From assembly GCA_037379345.1 (NCBI GenBank), contig CM074513.1, positions 33,786,885 to 33,850,884 on the forward strand: 64,000 bases of DNA. The letters are read 5' to 3'. Positions 1-64,000 of the stretch are shown here, piece by piece (position 1 is the first letter of the stretch; every line of letters starts with the position of its first letter). The position numbers and the translations under genes are program-made. Under the pieces are notes generated by a model. That model did no database searches. It was not told where the DNA came from and saw only the letters and a program-made list of their open reading frames with translations. This DNA is from Perna viridis (Eukaryota).

Positions 1-105
1 TTCACTTTATAATTCCCACTAAAAATACTGTCTTCACCATTATAAACCTTGAAATATTGTATCTAAATATTTATCAATGAAAACGCTTTTCTAACCTAGA
101 TATTT

Positions 106-224
106 GGGATTTTCCCTTATTTCGGAATAACTTTACTTTTTTAAGTTCGTTTATGGAAAAATCCGAGACGTACAAATGTAATTCTTGGTACCGGGGTTTG
201 TTGACTTCCACGAAAAATGACTCA
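106..224. promoter_or_regulatory. Candidate NF-kB and AP-1 site cluster upstream of the RING gene
   Basis: GGGATTTTCC (106-115, fits GGGRNWYYCC), kB-like GGAAAAATCC (155-164) and TGACTCA (218-224), all within 200 bp of the ATG. Motif matches only. Confidence 0.35.
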
Positions 225-302
225 TATGTCACAGCTAAAATAAGAAATTGACGACGTTTTTATCTAAATTTAGAACAATTGAATTCAATTACTTATAAAA
301 CC

Positions 303-415
303 ATGGCAGAGGGTGGACAAGACTCACAAAACACACCAAAAACTGAAGTTACAGACATGGCTTCAAGTTGCGAAGAAGATGTTGCAATGCAAAGACTTAT
401 AGAAAAAATGAAGAG
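303..415 (+). CDS. RING E3 ligase exon 1
   Basis: accATGG Kozak context; MAEGG...EKMK; donor gtatgt at 416; phase 2 matches the next exon. Confidence 0.75.
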
Positions 416-3400
416 GTATGTATGTAAATAATTGTTGACGAATAGCATTGAATTTTTGTTGTGGAAAATTTGTTATATCATAGTAGAGCATTGATGTCAT
501 ATAATGAACCACTATACAGATTTTATTTTCCGCTAACAATATTAAAATAAAAAAAATGTTTGGCCCCCCTTTTACGTGGATTGCTCATACATAGAGCAAA
601 AAAAAAGTTTGCCCCCCTTTTACGTGGATTGCTTGTAGAGCAAACTTAAGTGTTAGATTATCATCCAACCTTAAAAAAAAATAAGGGGCAAATGGGAGGA
701 TTTTATTTCTTACTTGCTTACCTAATTTTAGCTATAAATTGAAGTGTAGATAAATATACAAAAGTGTATTCTAAATTTATAGCCACATCAGTTTCAAAGA
801 AGAAACATGGATTCAGTCACCAAGAAATGAAAGATTTGTGTATTATAGTATCTTAATACTAGAGACTGACTTGAAAAAAAAATCAGGATTTTGAAATTCC
901 TGCCCCATTTTTTTTTATTTTTGTCAAATTTTTAGGGTTGGGGGGGGATTACAATCTACTAATTAAATTTAATTGGCTCCTTAGGAAAATAAATTTACAT
1001 TAGATTTTTGTTAATAACTTTGCTTTGATATTGCATCTGAGTCATTATTTACAATGAATAAATGGGATCTTGCAAATGTATAGATTCCTTTTTTATCTGT
1101 ACTATGGTCTAACAGGTCCCAAGAAATAAATAAAATAAACACAAAATTTCTAAGCTAAAATTACTATATTTACAGTGTATAAATGGGATCGTGTAAATGT
1201 ATAGAGTTCTTTTTTTATCTGTACTGCCGTCTTACAAATCCCAAGAAATAAACAAAATAAACACTAAATTTCTAAACTAAAATTACTATATTCAACTATT
1301 TATGTATAAATGCAGTTTAAAAAATCAAAGCAAGAGCTACCTTCTAATTCAGACTATACATGCATTTCATCTGGCTTATTTTATTTAAATGCATTATTTA
1401 TACATGTATCTGGGGACGTGCCTTTACCATAAGAGTAACTAGTATCTTATTGCATTAATCGTTATCAGATATATTATTATAACACTTTAAAGTAGATACA
1501 TTTTCACAGTTGCTAATTTTCATGGATTCTGTTAAGTGAACATATTTTGTGGGTATCCAAAATTGATTGGCACTGTATAGTGTTAAAATTAATTTCAAAG
1601 GTACTCCTTTTTTGTCCAGCATGAAAATAGCAAAAATTAGTACATTGTGAAAATTTATACCTTTACAGCATGTAGTTACTTACATGTATACAAATAATAA
1701 TCATGAGAGATAATGAAAAACCAAAAAATGTGTCAACTATAGACTTGGTTAAATCACCAATAGTCTCCTCTGTTTCTTTTTGGTTCTTTATACATGTTGT
1801 ATGTTGATACTTCTGTAGTAAAGGTGAATATGGTAAGTCCCATGAAATGCCCTCCTCTGGCAACATGTCTTAAAATGTATTCCCTTTTTTTCAGTGACAG
1901 ACTGTCTGAGTTGAAGCAATTGCAACACAGTGAACGTCCTGTCACTGGAAGAGATTCACGAGAAAATATAAACTCTTTCTTTTCCAAACATTTAAATGCT
2001 CAAGCTGCTGCTCAGGGCAAAGAAAATATCCCTGTAAATGTTGATAACGTTGAAGAACACAGACCAGACACAGTTGTTGTAGAGATTCAGGGATTAGTTG
2101 AACAGCAAAGAGTTTCCAATGTTTTAACAACCAACTTTAGACGTCATCTGGAAAATATTATCAGAGGTTCCATTTCAACTGTTGCCAGAAATCCTTCTCA
2201 AAGGCCAGCTCCACAAAGTTCAGCAAGATCTACACCACCTCCACATAATTCCGAACATTCTTCACCAGTACCAACACCAGGACTCCTACCTTCTACACAA
2301 GAAAGCAGGCAGTCACCTGTACCAGCACCTCGACGCAGAAACCTTCCTCAACATCTGAGTGATGAACGAATCAGAAGTAATAGCATTGTAAGCAGTAATA
2401 GCAGTGTGTCATTAGAAAATCTAGTTGAAGCTGTTGCAGATGTAAATCCACCTGTTGTAGAGAGACTGGTTCCACCTATGTATGGAGAGTATGTGTCTAC
2501 TTCAAATGTTTACTTATACATGTAAAAGTTTTATCCATTCAAAAATACATTAACTTATTGTAATAAAAGGTTAATAAGTATTATATTCTCAACTGTTTAG
2601 ATCATAACGATAAACATAACAAAATCTTTTTTGACAATATATTTGATTTTCATTGTATGCGTAGATGAATAAACAAAAAACTAATGATTTTCAGAACGGA
2701 CCAACGAGTGACTTTAGAAGATGTTGAAAATTTGTACAGAGAAAATATTGTACAAGAAATAAGTGAACTAGTTCATAGACAACTGGTAACTTCATCATTA
2801 CAAAGTACATTCAGAAATGTTCTGGAGATCAGCATGCAGGTACGTGTGATATTAACACTATGGTTAGTGATGAATTAAAATCATGGTCCTTTATTATATC
2901 AGACTAAAATGGTTGGAATACAGAGCTGTCAAAGTCTCATCCAGCTGATATGGGCAATGAGCAAAACCTATTAAAAGTTAGCTAGCCCTAAATCATGTAG
3001 TGACTTAAGTAATCAGATTTTATCAAGAGTCATTTATCAGAACTCAACCTCAATTTGTTGATTGACTTGGTTATTCCAGTTTTATCATGCATCCATACAA
3101 CAGATAGAACTTAGAAGTCACCTATAATCTTAATTTTTATACATTTATTGATAATAGTAAAGTGCTTTTTGAATACTGTTCTTTTGAATTTAATAGTATA
3201 CCAGACAATATAAGAAGCCTTTCTCAAAATGTGTGAGCTTAATGGAGATCACTTTAACATCAATAGTTATTTTTTTATACCATTAGATGTGAAAATAATT
3301 TAGGATACATTTACTTGAATTTCAATTCAATTTTGGAATTGCAGAATCGTGTAGGTGATATTGGTGCTGACGGGCAAAGAGTCCAGGAATTTGTTCAGTC

Positions 3401-5743
3401 TATTCATCCATCACAACCCATCCAAAGAAATGACTTTTCTAACATTGGTATTCCCCCACAAGGGAATGATAACTGGGACAACATATCAGTTACCAGTGTC
3501 AGTACTCATGCCGTACCTTACACACAGGTATTCATTTTATTTTTATTCTTGATGTTATGTTATACTAGTATTTTTTGTATGACATACCTCAAATGATATT
3601 TTGATATTTTGTTGTTTTTGTGGATTTTTGGTTTCCAGAAAATAACTATCTAAAGTTATATGTGAATGGATTTTTTTTTAAACTGAAAGACCAAATTTCT
3701 TACCATATGAGGAAAATAGGATTGTTTAAAATTTCTCTAGTATCCCACCCAAAGGTTTGGACAGAACATTTCATCTTTCCACCAAATTTTGGCATAATAA
3801 AATTCTATTATTTGCACCAGACAAACAATTGATTGAATGTTTTATTCCATTTGTTGGCCATGTAACTTACATTTGGTTTTGACTGGCTACATTGATATGT
3901 TATGGAAAACTGTGAAACATAGGTCATTTCAATTCAAAACAGATCACCAGGAAAACAAACTTAAAGCAAAAAAAAAAAAAGAATTGAACACCAGCTATCC
4001 TCTTTGAAAGTAAGGAAATCTCAAATACCCTTTTATAAGATATAATAGTTCTTTAACTTGCTGGAGCCTCATTAGAGAACAAATATATCTTACCCACTGG
4101 TGACTGAGGTTTCTGTATCCTTCACTTGCACAGGTGTTAAGACTCATACTGTCTGTTATGAAAAGGTCACCTAATCATTTATTGTTTTCTGTTTCTCAGT
4201 CAAATCTGCATTTGAGCAGAGAAATTCACAGTCTGAAATCACAGCTACAGGAGATGAAGAATATGATGAAGCTTAGCTTTGATCTCCAGCTCGATATCCA
4301 GAGAGCAATCAGACAGGAAGTGGCTGCTGCTTTATCTGAAGTCAAAGGTACCTACTTCTAACTATAAATTTAAATAGTAAATAGGGCAAAAAGCTCACAA
4401 ATAAAAATGAATGTTAAGATCTACCTCTTGCCCTATATGCCTCTGCAACAATGTCTTGGTAGTTAACCCAGATCCACTTGCAAATTAAACATGCATGAAG
4501 AATACTGGTATATGTGTTGTTTTTTAAATGTAGACCAGGTTGTATAACAAATTTACATCATGAATAAACTGGCCCTTATGTGACTTGTACCTCCTGCATC
4601 CTGTTGAACCCTGTACATTTGTGGACAAATGTGGACATATGATTCATATTGGACACAATTTTTATGGTGGATAGCCTAAGCACTTTTGACACACAATTGG
4701 CTGCCATTTCTAAAATGCCCAATTCCTAACAATAATCAGTACTTTTTTGTTGACTACACAATAACTGAATATGACTATAAACCCCACATGATAATCTTAT
4801 GCTTCAGTTCATAACAATCCTACAAGTTTTTTAAGGAGGAGTTGTGGACAAAGCATCAGACCCAGTTTCATCATTTGTATCATTTTTTGTCCAAACATGA
4901 ATTCCTGACAATGTGCATTTCCTATTAAGTTTCATAGCAATTCTGCAAGTTGTTGTGGACATTGCATGAGACCAATGAGACAAGTTTCAACAGCCATTGT
5001 TTTGACAATTTTTTATCCAATATAATGAGAATAGGTATGGTGAATATGACAAAGAGACAACAACCCATTATTCACACTTTCATTCTGATGGTACCAAACA
5101 TTTATATCCGACAGTATGCATGGGTTATATTAGATCCCACAAAGTTTTATAATTATACTGCAAGCTGCTTAGAAAATAGTTCAGACAGACAGACAGACAG
5201 AAAAGGGTTTGCAGGGGGTATGAAAATGTCATGGTTTATTCACAGTTCCATACTGATGTTACTAAGTTCACATACAATTTCAAGCAATTCAGAAGATCCT
5301 CCAACCCACCACATCACAATATTTGTACTTATTGCAATTTCTTGGGCAGGAACTTGGGCAGGACTTACTGTCTCTATGATATCATTTCATTCAATCTTGA
5401 TAAAAATAGCTTGTTGGTTGTGGTCAATAACTCTTCATTGATTGATTATTGTGTTTAAGATACAATGTCTGTAAGTTTGACAAATATCAATAAAACTTTA
5501 TTTGTACCTATTGCAGGAGGAGCAGAGGGAGGGATTGCCACAGAAATAAAGAGTAAACCAGTCAGTGATACACACTGTTTAATCTGTCTAGACAATCATT
5601 CTGATTCAGTCCTGTACCAATGTGGTCACATGTGTGTATGTTATGCTTGTGGACGCCATCTCTTATCCAGGGGAGCTAAATGTCCTGTATGTCGAGCTCC
5701 AATCAAAGACATCATAAGAGCATACAAGTGTAATGAAGATTAA
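303..5743 (+). CDS. RING-HC (zf-C3HC4_3-type) E3 ubiquitin ligase, 6 coding exons, 469 aa, no NHR domains seen
   Basis: Exons 303-415, 1895-2488, 2695-2839, 3345-3527, 4200-4347 and 5517-5743 all have GT-AG junctions with consistent phases (2,2,0,0,1) and total 1410 nt. The protein starts MAEGGQDSQ and ends in a coiled coil (LQLDIQRAIRQEVAAAL) plus RING CLICLDNHSDSVLYQCGHMCVCYACGRHLLSRGAKCPVCRAPIKDIIRAY. Confidence 0.88.
1058..1292. repeat. Tandem duplication of a ~120-bp unit in intron 1 of the RING gene
   Basis: ataaatgggatc...aaattactatatt occurs at ~1058-1170 and ~1179-1292. Confidence 0.8.
1895..2488 (+). CDS. RING E3 ligase exon 2
   Basis: Acceptor ttttttcag, donor gtatgt; core of ORF 1794..2525. 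Confidence 0.85.
2695..2839 (+). CDS. RING E3 ligase exon 3
   Basis: Acceptor ttttcag, donor gtacgt; TDQRV...EISMQ. Confidence 0.85.
3345..3527 (+). CDS. RING E3 ligase exon 4
   Basis: Acceptor ttgcag, donor gtattc; NRVGD...VPYTQ. Confidence 0.85.
4200..4347 (+). CDS. RING E3 ligase exon 5 (coiled coil)
   Basis: Acceptor tttctcag, donor gtacct; SNLHLSREI...LSEVK. Confidence 0.85.
4400..5228 (-). mobile_element. Degenerate Helentron/HINE-type non-autonomous element remnant
   Basis: (acag)n microsatellite near 5183 followed by gggggtatgaaaa, the reverse complement of the tttatacccc..(ctgt)n head seen on other copies; boundaries approximate. Confidence 0.4.
5517..5743 (+). CDS. RING E3 ligase exon 6 (RING-HC domain and stop)
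   Basis: Acceptor ttgcag; C3HC4 ligand spacing; TAA at 5741-5743. Confidence 0.9.
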
Positions 5744-6664
5744 TTGGCGGGGTATATAACTACAAACTGTGATATACATGTAGTTGCAATGATTTTTATA
5801 ATGAAAAATTCTAAGTTCATTGTTATCATCATTAAAACTCATCATCATACTGTCATTATAATTTAGAAAGGATATTTTAAATGTATAATTTGCTTACAGG
5901 CAAATATAACATTGTTAAAGTTCTGAAAGCTTTAATGTTCTTGAGTGAGTAAGAATGAAGTACATTGATTCTTGTACTATGTTAGTGTATTTGCTTCTAG
6001 CTTGTTAAATTGTTAAATTTGTTACAAGATTGAACTATTTATTATAATAAATTCTTATCAATTACATACTTGCAGTTTACTGTATATACATGTATATAAA
6101 AATATACTGGTATGTATTTTTCAGAATGTTTCTAATTTTTGAACAGGTTATACGAAATTACCTGGTATGTGGCAGTTTACACTTTTTCATATAATGTAAT
6201 TCCTAATGGATGACATTCCAAATATTAATAATTGCATGATTCATATTCAAAATGTTATTTTGTTTGGGGATTATTTGAGTGCAAACCAATCTTTGTTAAT
6301 GACACAGTACAAAGCCTGATTATACAAAATAACCTGGTTTGCTCAAAGAGAACCAGAAATCTTGTTACAATCAATTTAGATTATAAAGACATATATCCTA
6401 TTTTCAAAAGTTCAAAAATACCTTCATAATCATTATGGTGGTGTTATCCATTACTTAGTAATAATGTGCTGAGATAACTTTGGTTTAAGTCTCTGGTATT
6501 GGCTGTATCTTTTCCAGCATGTTATTAATAAGGATCATGTTTTAATATGAAGATAGGTCTCGTGCACTATTGTGAAGGTATCATACATGATATAAATATC
6601 ATGTTATAATATAAATACTAAAAATTAATCTTGTTTTCCCTATTTGAAGAAATTTGCATGGTCT

Positions 6665-6685
6665 TATATATATATATATATATAT
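6665..6685. repeat. (TA)n microsatellite
   Basis: Seen directly. Confidence 0.9.
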
Positions 6686-6759
6686 TTAATTACAGCCAGG
6701 TAATCTCTAATAAATATAAGTCAGCAGTTTTTATGCAACTGCATTATTTGGTTGATCTT

Positions 6760-8120
6760 TATAAAATTTTACCACCAGGTTCCAAACGACCAAAGGAAGG
6801 TTGGTATTGATTTTGCAAGTTCTGTTCCAAACCAATTTGGAATTAAAGGTCAAAACAAGTTTTTCAAAGAATTGAACCATTTTAATCTAGTAGAAGCATA
6901 TGGATGACTAGAGCATGTTCCACAATATTCTATACCACTGTAGTCATACTGGGATTGATTTTGAGAGTTAAGATTTGAACCATTTAGGAATGAGGCACCA
7001 AAAAGGGGCCAGAAACAAGCATTTTTCTGGTGTCTGGACAATAACTTGACTGAGTAAATAGATCTCATTTTAATTGTACTACATTGGTGTAATACCACAA
7101 AAGGAAGTCTAGGATTGATTTTTGGAGTTGTGGCTTGAGCCGATTAAGAATGATGGGCCACAAAGAGCCATAAACAAGCATTTTTTCTTATTTCATGATG
7201 ATAAATTGAGTAAAAGGAAACGGATCTCTTTAAAATTGTACCACAAAGTGCCATTTTCCAAAAGGAATATTAGGATTGAAGATGTTAGAGTTTGTGAATT
7301 AGGAATTAGGTTTAATTTAAAAACGGGTGGGGTATATTTTAGGGGTTGATGCCCCTGTGATACCCATGCGAACTGTGCAGTTTTTAAATAATAGGGTCAT
7401 ATTATAAATTGATGTTTTTTGGACAATTGGTTTCTGGGTCAATAACTAAGTAATAAGTAATATATAATATAAATAATAATAATATAAGTGAATAGATTTC
7501 TATGAAACTGTACCGTAAGGTTAAATACTATAGCTAAAAAAAAAAAGAAAAATATTGGGATTTTGTTTGTGATCTATCTTGAAATTCAGACCTCCAGCCA
7601 AGAACTTTAAAATGGATATAATCGTATGACCACAAATAAGGTTGCTAACCTACAATTGTTTTTAATTTCATCATCTGTAGACATTTCCTGATTATTATAA
7701 GTATATATAACTCTGTGTGAAATAGTACCACAAGATGCCACACAAGATTTGGATTGATATAATTTAGTTTAGGGGCCAAAAAGGAAAGGGGCCAGATACC
7801 AGCATTTTCCTAATGTCAAGACGATAACTTGAATAAATGTGGATGTGCCCCGTGTACCACAAGAAGCAACAACACCAAAGGAAGGCTGGTATTGCTTTTT
7901 GAGCTTTTATGAATTAGGGACTGGAAACAAGCATTTTATTGATATCTGCACAACATCTTGTATTTGTATATAGATATAATATATTGAGTATATTTGAATT
8001 TTCACCATGTGTCATTCCACAAAAAGATGGCTGGAATTGATTTTTTGGGTTGCAACTTGAAATGTTTAGGATGAGGGGCATACAAAAATAAAGTTACCAC
8101 TAAGTTTTTTTTCTACGTTC
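6760..8120. repeat. Degenerate array of ~140-bp units, probably a Helentron/HINE central repeat
   Basis: Recurring aaaaggggcc..aacaagcattttt and ccacaaaaggaagg..ggattgatttt motifs. Confidence 0.5.
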
Positions 8121-8262
8121 TTAACTACTCTTACAAGTCTCGCACGGAAAGTCACAATAAAGTAATTTCCATGATGTGTTTGAAAACCTAAGTTTCGATT
8201 GTAAGGAGCAACCATTTGATTTTATGGGGGGCGCTAGGATCAAACTTTATATCCTGCCTTAT

Positions 8263-10703
8263 TAGCTCACCTGACCAATGGCCATGACAGCTATTGCCTT
8301 CACCTAGTGTCTGTTGTTGTTGTCATTTGTCGTCATTAACTATTTTTCAACTCTTCTCCGACGACACTACTTGATCCATAAGAACCATCTTTGGTATGAA
8401 CGTTCCTTGGGTATCCTGCATAGAACTGATGTAGGGATTTACGATCCATTGAAAAACATGGCTGCTGTTATGCTGTTACTAACGAAAAGAACATAGGGTC
8501 AGACAGAATTTTTTCGCATATATCTCCAAAACTGTTAGGCTAAGCAAAATGCTTACACAAGTGAAAGTGTTCAGCATGATGATATCTATTTGTGGTCAAA
8601 TTTTTGTTTTAGTCTGTAATGTTGGACTTGTTGACCTTTTTCCATGTTTTATTTTGCTTCTTTTAAAAAATCTTCTCCTCAGACATTACTTGACCAATTT
8701 GAACCAAATTTGGTTTGAATGTTCCTTAGGGTATTCTGCATAAAACTGACGTGGGGATTTTTGATCCATTGAAAAACATGGCTGTTGTTATTAAAAATAT
8801 AGCATAGGGGTCAGACACAAGCTATTGCCATCACTTGGCATCCGTCGTCGTCGTCTGTTGTCGTTGTTAACAATTTTTCAAAACTCTTCTCCTCTGAAAC
8901 TACTTGACCAATTGGAACCAAACTTGGTATGAATGTTCCTTGGGGTATTATGCATAGAACTAATGAGGGGATTTTTGATCTGTAGAAAAGCATGGCCACC
9001 GTTACTACAAATAGAACATAGGGATCTGACAATAGTTTTTCGCATATATCTCCAAAACGGTTAAGTTTAGCCAAATTCTGACATGGGGGTAAAAGTGTTC
9101 AGCATGATGAGATCTATGTGCAGTCAAATTTTCATTTTAACTTGTTCAGCCACATTGGAGTTATTGCCCTTTTTCAAAGTTTTTTGCTATTTTTAATGTT
9201 ATTTCTTTCAAAGATCTCCTCTAACACTATTTTACAAATTGAAACAAAACTCACTTTAAGTGTTCCTTGGGGTATCCTGCATAGAATTGTAGTGAGGTTT
9301 TTTGATCCTTTGAAAAACATGGCCACTGTTACTAAAAATAGAACATAGGGGTCAGACAGTAGTTTTTTGCATATATCTCGAAAACCATTAGGTTTAGCCA
9401 ATTCTTTCAGTAGCTGAAATGATCCTTATTTTTAGGACTACAAAAGTCTTCAGGCATAAAATTCATCAGACACTTTCTTATAAGAGTTATTGCGCTTGAC
9501 AGGGGAAAATTGACAGGTTTTTATTTTTTAGTTTTCAGCCAATGTCTTGAAAACTATGATAGATTTGGACTTTCATTTACTGAAATGATCCTTATGGTAA
9601 GTCCTATCAAAGTTTTCTTGAGTCAAAATTGTTAGACAACTTCTTGTTTAATTTATTGCCCTTGAAAGGCAAAATTCAACAAGGTGAGCGATTCTGGCTC
9701 CTGGGAGCCTCTTGTTCACACATATCTCCAAAACTATTTAGATTTAATCAAATTTTTACTGGGTATAAGTGTTCAAATTTTCATAAATCTGTGGTCAAAT
9801 TTTTGTTTTAATCTGTGAAGCCATGTTACCTTTTTTCAACATTTTTTTGCTCTTTTTATAGCCATGTGTGCTATTGCCATCATTTGGTGTCCGTCGTCAT
9901 CTGTTGTCTTTGAAGTTGTCGTTAACAATTTTTCAAAACTCTTCTCCTCTGAAACTACTTGACCAATTAGAACCAAACTTAATATGAACGTTCCTTAGGG
10001 TGTTCTGCATAGAATAGATGTGGGGATTTTTGGTCCATCAAAAAACATGGCGACTATTACTAGAAGTAAAACATATGGGTCAAATTGCAGAATTATGCAA
10101 ATAACTCAAAAACAGTTGGATTTAGCTTAAATCTTGTAGGAAGTAAAATTGTTCAGCATGACGGGATGGACACATGCCGAAATTTTCAGGAAAGACCCAT
10201 TGAGACGAATGAATGAGTTATGGATCCTGAATGGTTTTTTTCCACGAATATTACATTTCCAACTTTGACGATCGTCTCCTTAAAAACTACTGGATGGATT
10301 GATACAAAACTTTACATGAATGTTATTTAGAATATGCTTAACATCTTGAACAATTTCTTATCTGTCAAAAACATGGCCACCACTACTAAAAATTGACGAC
10401 TTGTTGAAATTACTTGAAAACCAATGGGTTTAGCCTAATTTTTTAAGGGGGGGGGAATTGATCAGCATGGTGCCGAAATTTTCATTAAGATCTGTTGCTA
10501 ATTGTTGGAGTTATTGCCATTGAAGAGAAATAAATGACAATTAGAAATTTATTTTATAGTATGAAAACTGGGTGGATAAATAAGATGCTCTGTATTAATT
10601 AAATAATTCTTGTAACAATAGTACAGTCAAGAGTCCAGCTTAAGAAAGCTATAAAGACTATTTTGACCAGGTGAGCCATTCAGGCTCTCTAGAGCCACTA
10701 GTT
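8263..10703 (+). mobile_element. Cluster of nested Helentron/HINE (Pearl/MgE-like) non-autonomous elements, family A
   Basis: Heads (tagctcacctg / gctattgccatcacttgg + (gtc)n) at ~8263, ~8820 and ~9858; central repeats with aaaaacatggc; tails aggtgagc + ggctc..gagcc palindrome ending ~9716 and ~10703. Confidence 0.8.
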
Positions 10704-11919
10704 CTACTATTAGGCACCAACCATTTTCTAAGCTGGAGGATGAGACCTGGGATCTTTAAAAAAAATGTTCACAATTTTGAAGACAAAAATTTGTTTTACT
10801 CATCCAATGAAAAAAAATAAAAATAAGAATAATGCTTCTATATTTTCCCCATTACTTAAACAAGGCAGATGTTGAAATACAAATATTTCATTTTGGTTGC
10901 TGCTGAACTATTGATAAAAATTTTGCTTAGAAGAACAAAAAATCCTTATCAATTACAAATACAAATATTTATTCATTCAAACACATTTACAAATGAATGG
11001 TTATCAAATCCAACATACAAAAAATGACAGTTCTATTAATAACAGCCATATTGTAAAACTGGAGTGGAGGGGCCTGAAACTAATACTTTATTTAATTGAC
11101 AAGGCTAAACCTTTATTTATATATTCAATTAAGGGTTTTAGATTAATCAAACAGTTACTGTTTAATATTAAAGATATATCATTTTCTGTTATTGGAAAGA
11201 TGCTTATCTGACATCAAATCCTATTGCACTGATCATTTCTTCTGGCGTACAGCTTAGGATTAATTGTTAAATAATAATTTCTTTTGTGATTTTTTTTTTC
11301 TGCAGCAGTCAGATTTATTTTTTTTTATATAGACAATAGACAATTTGATTTGCACTAACACATTTACAGTAAATGGTTATGGCACGAACAAAAACAGAAC
11401 AATGTAATATACATTGCATATAAACTAAATTTATGACCATGGTGCGACAGTGGTGTAAATCTGATCAAAACAGATCAGATATCAGATATATATCAAATCT
11501 ATATTGTTGAGCAATGGGGTTAATTTTAAATCTTTTTTCTGTCCATTGCTGAGTAAAAAAAATTTGGCTAAAATTTGCAACCATTTTATTTCTAAAAATA
11601 ATTCCAGCCACCCAGGCTGAATAAATTGGGCCTAAAGCAAGAGGATCTTGTTATTTGATTTCAAATTAATGATTTGTTATCAATCTTCAACACTCATAAA
11701 AAAGGACGAAAACAGTAAGTGCCGGCGCAAACTGACTATGACCCCTTATATCCATAACCTAAAACTAAAGTAGAGTTAACTATGCATATGCGAATGACAA
11801 TTCCAATAATATTGTATGGAAAATGGATTTGCTGTTTTATACATGGAAAAATAAGAAAATTCTTTGGGATAACTATGATTTTTGTCCTGACTGTATGCGG
11901 TCCCCATGCGGTTGTTTTG

Positions 11920-11928
11920 AAATGGCGG
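11920..11928 (+). promoter_or_regulatory. YY1-like motif (AAATGGCGG) near the DNAAF9 5' end
   Basis: Lies ~20 bp upstream of the ATG in a locally CpG-richer stretch; motif match only. Confidence 0.3.
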
Positions 11929-11947
11929 ACCAGTAAAGAACGCAGTC

Positions 11948-63270
<51,323 letters not shown>

Positions 63271-64000
63271 GTTAGTATTGTAACAGTCACCCCAGACAAA
63301 ATTATGTATTAAATTACACATTAAAAACTGAACAGATTCACTCTGTTACAAATCTGAGAAACTGTGATCGTTTCTTCTGTGAGTACTAGCTTACTATCTT
63401 TCTATGAGGTCCCTGTGTACCTTTTAAACACAGGTGGTGGCAGCACATTAACTGTACACCGAATTATCAAGCCCGGTAAATGTTACAGTATGATAGACAT
63501 TGATACATTGATATGGTAGTTTAGGGATATATTGATTCAACTATCTAAGGATTAAGTGGGAAATTAAACCCCACTTTTATGACAGGGCAGGGTGGGGCTA
63601 TCCTGCTATCACCCGAACTACCACTTTTTTAATATTTTGTTTTTCGAGTGCTATTGGCTTGACTGATTTAAGATTTAATACACAACCTAAACTTGTTGAA
63701 CTGAATGTTGTCTCCTTTTCTTAGTATGGCTCGACCATAACATCCTATTTGACAGCACTTGATTTAGTAAAGTTAATTCTCTACATACAATAATTCAAAA
63801 TGATTTCAACAATTTTCAGGAAACTTTTGTGTATATTACATGTGTATACCTAATGACTAAAGTTCCATTTGGATACTTTTCAAGTTCATAGGAAAGTGGT
63901 AGTAATAACTCAAAATCAGTTTTCATGAACTTAAGAAATCTGTATCTATTGCTGTTTTTTTTTTTAGAGATAATAGATTAAAACACAAAATATGATTTAG

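Noticed and set aside
783-848. Possible extra exon in RING gene intron 1
   Set aside because: The frame is open after an AG, but no nearby GT donor restores phase 2
4950-5441. 163-aa ORF
   Set aside because: It lies in RING gene intron 5, starts at TTG, overlaps a repeat remnant with (acag)n and has no recognisable domain

Overview
This is AT-rich eukaryotic genomic DNA, probably from a bivalve mollusc (inferred from the repeat families). Most short ORFs in the track are spurious, so I rebuilt gene structure by hand from GT-AG junctions and reading phase. There are three protein-coding genes. (1) A 6-exon + strand gene (303-5743, 469 aa) encodes a C-terminal RING-HC E3 ligase with three copies of an unnamed helical motif and a coiled coil; from recall it resembles a plant RING family more than Neuralized. 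(2) DNAAF9/C20orf194 (Shulin) lies on the + strand; its first 25 coding exons (11948-63270, 697 codons, all phases consistent) are in the window and the gene continues past it. (3) An intact GPCR with an uninterrupted CDS and strongly degenerate class A motifs is nested antisense in DNAAF9 intron 14 (41929-42990). Introns and intergenic DNA are rich in mobile elements: several Helentron/HINE-type families (some nested), a CACTA-terminated element, an internally deleted Penelope-like (Naiad-type) retroelement with a structured 3' RNA motif, a decayed L1/Tx1 LINE with a 16-bp TSD in a three-layer nest, a hAT element with a 6-bp TSD, MITEs/foldbacks and a 45-bp minisatellite with higher-order structure. 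I found no tRNA, rRNA or CRISPR array.
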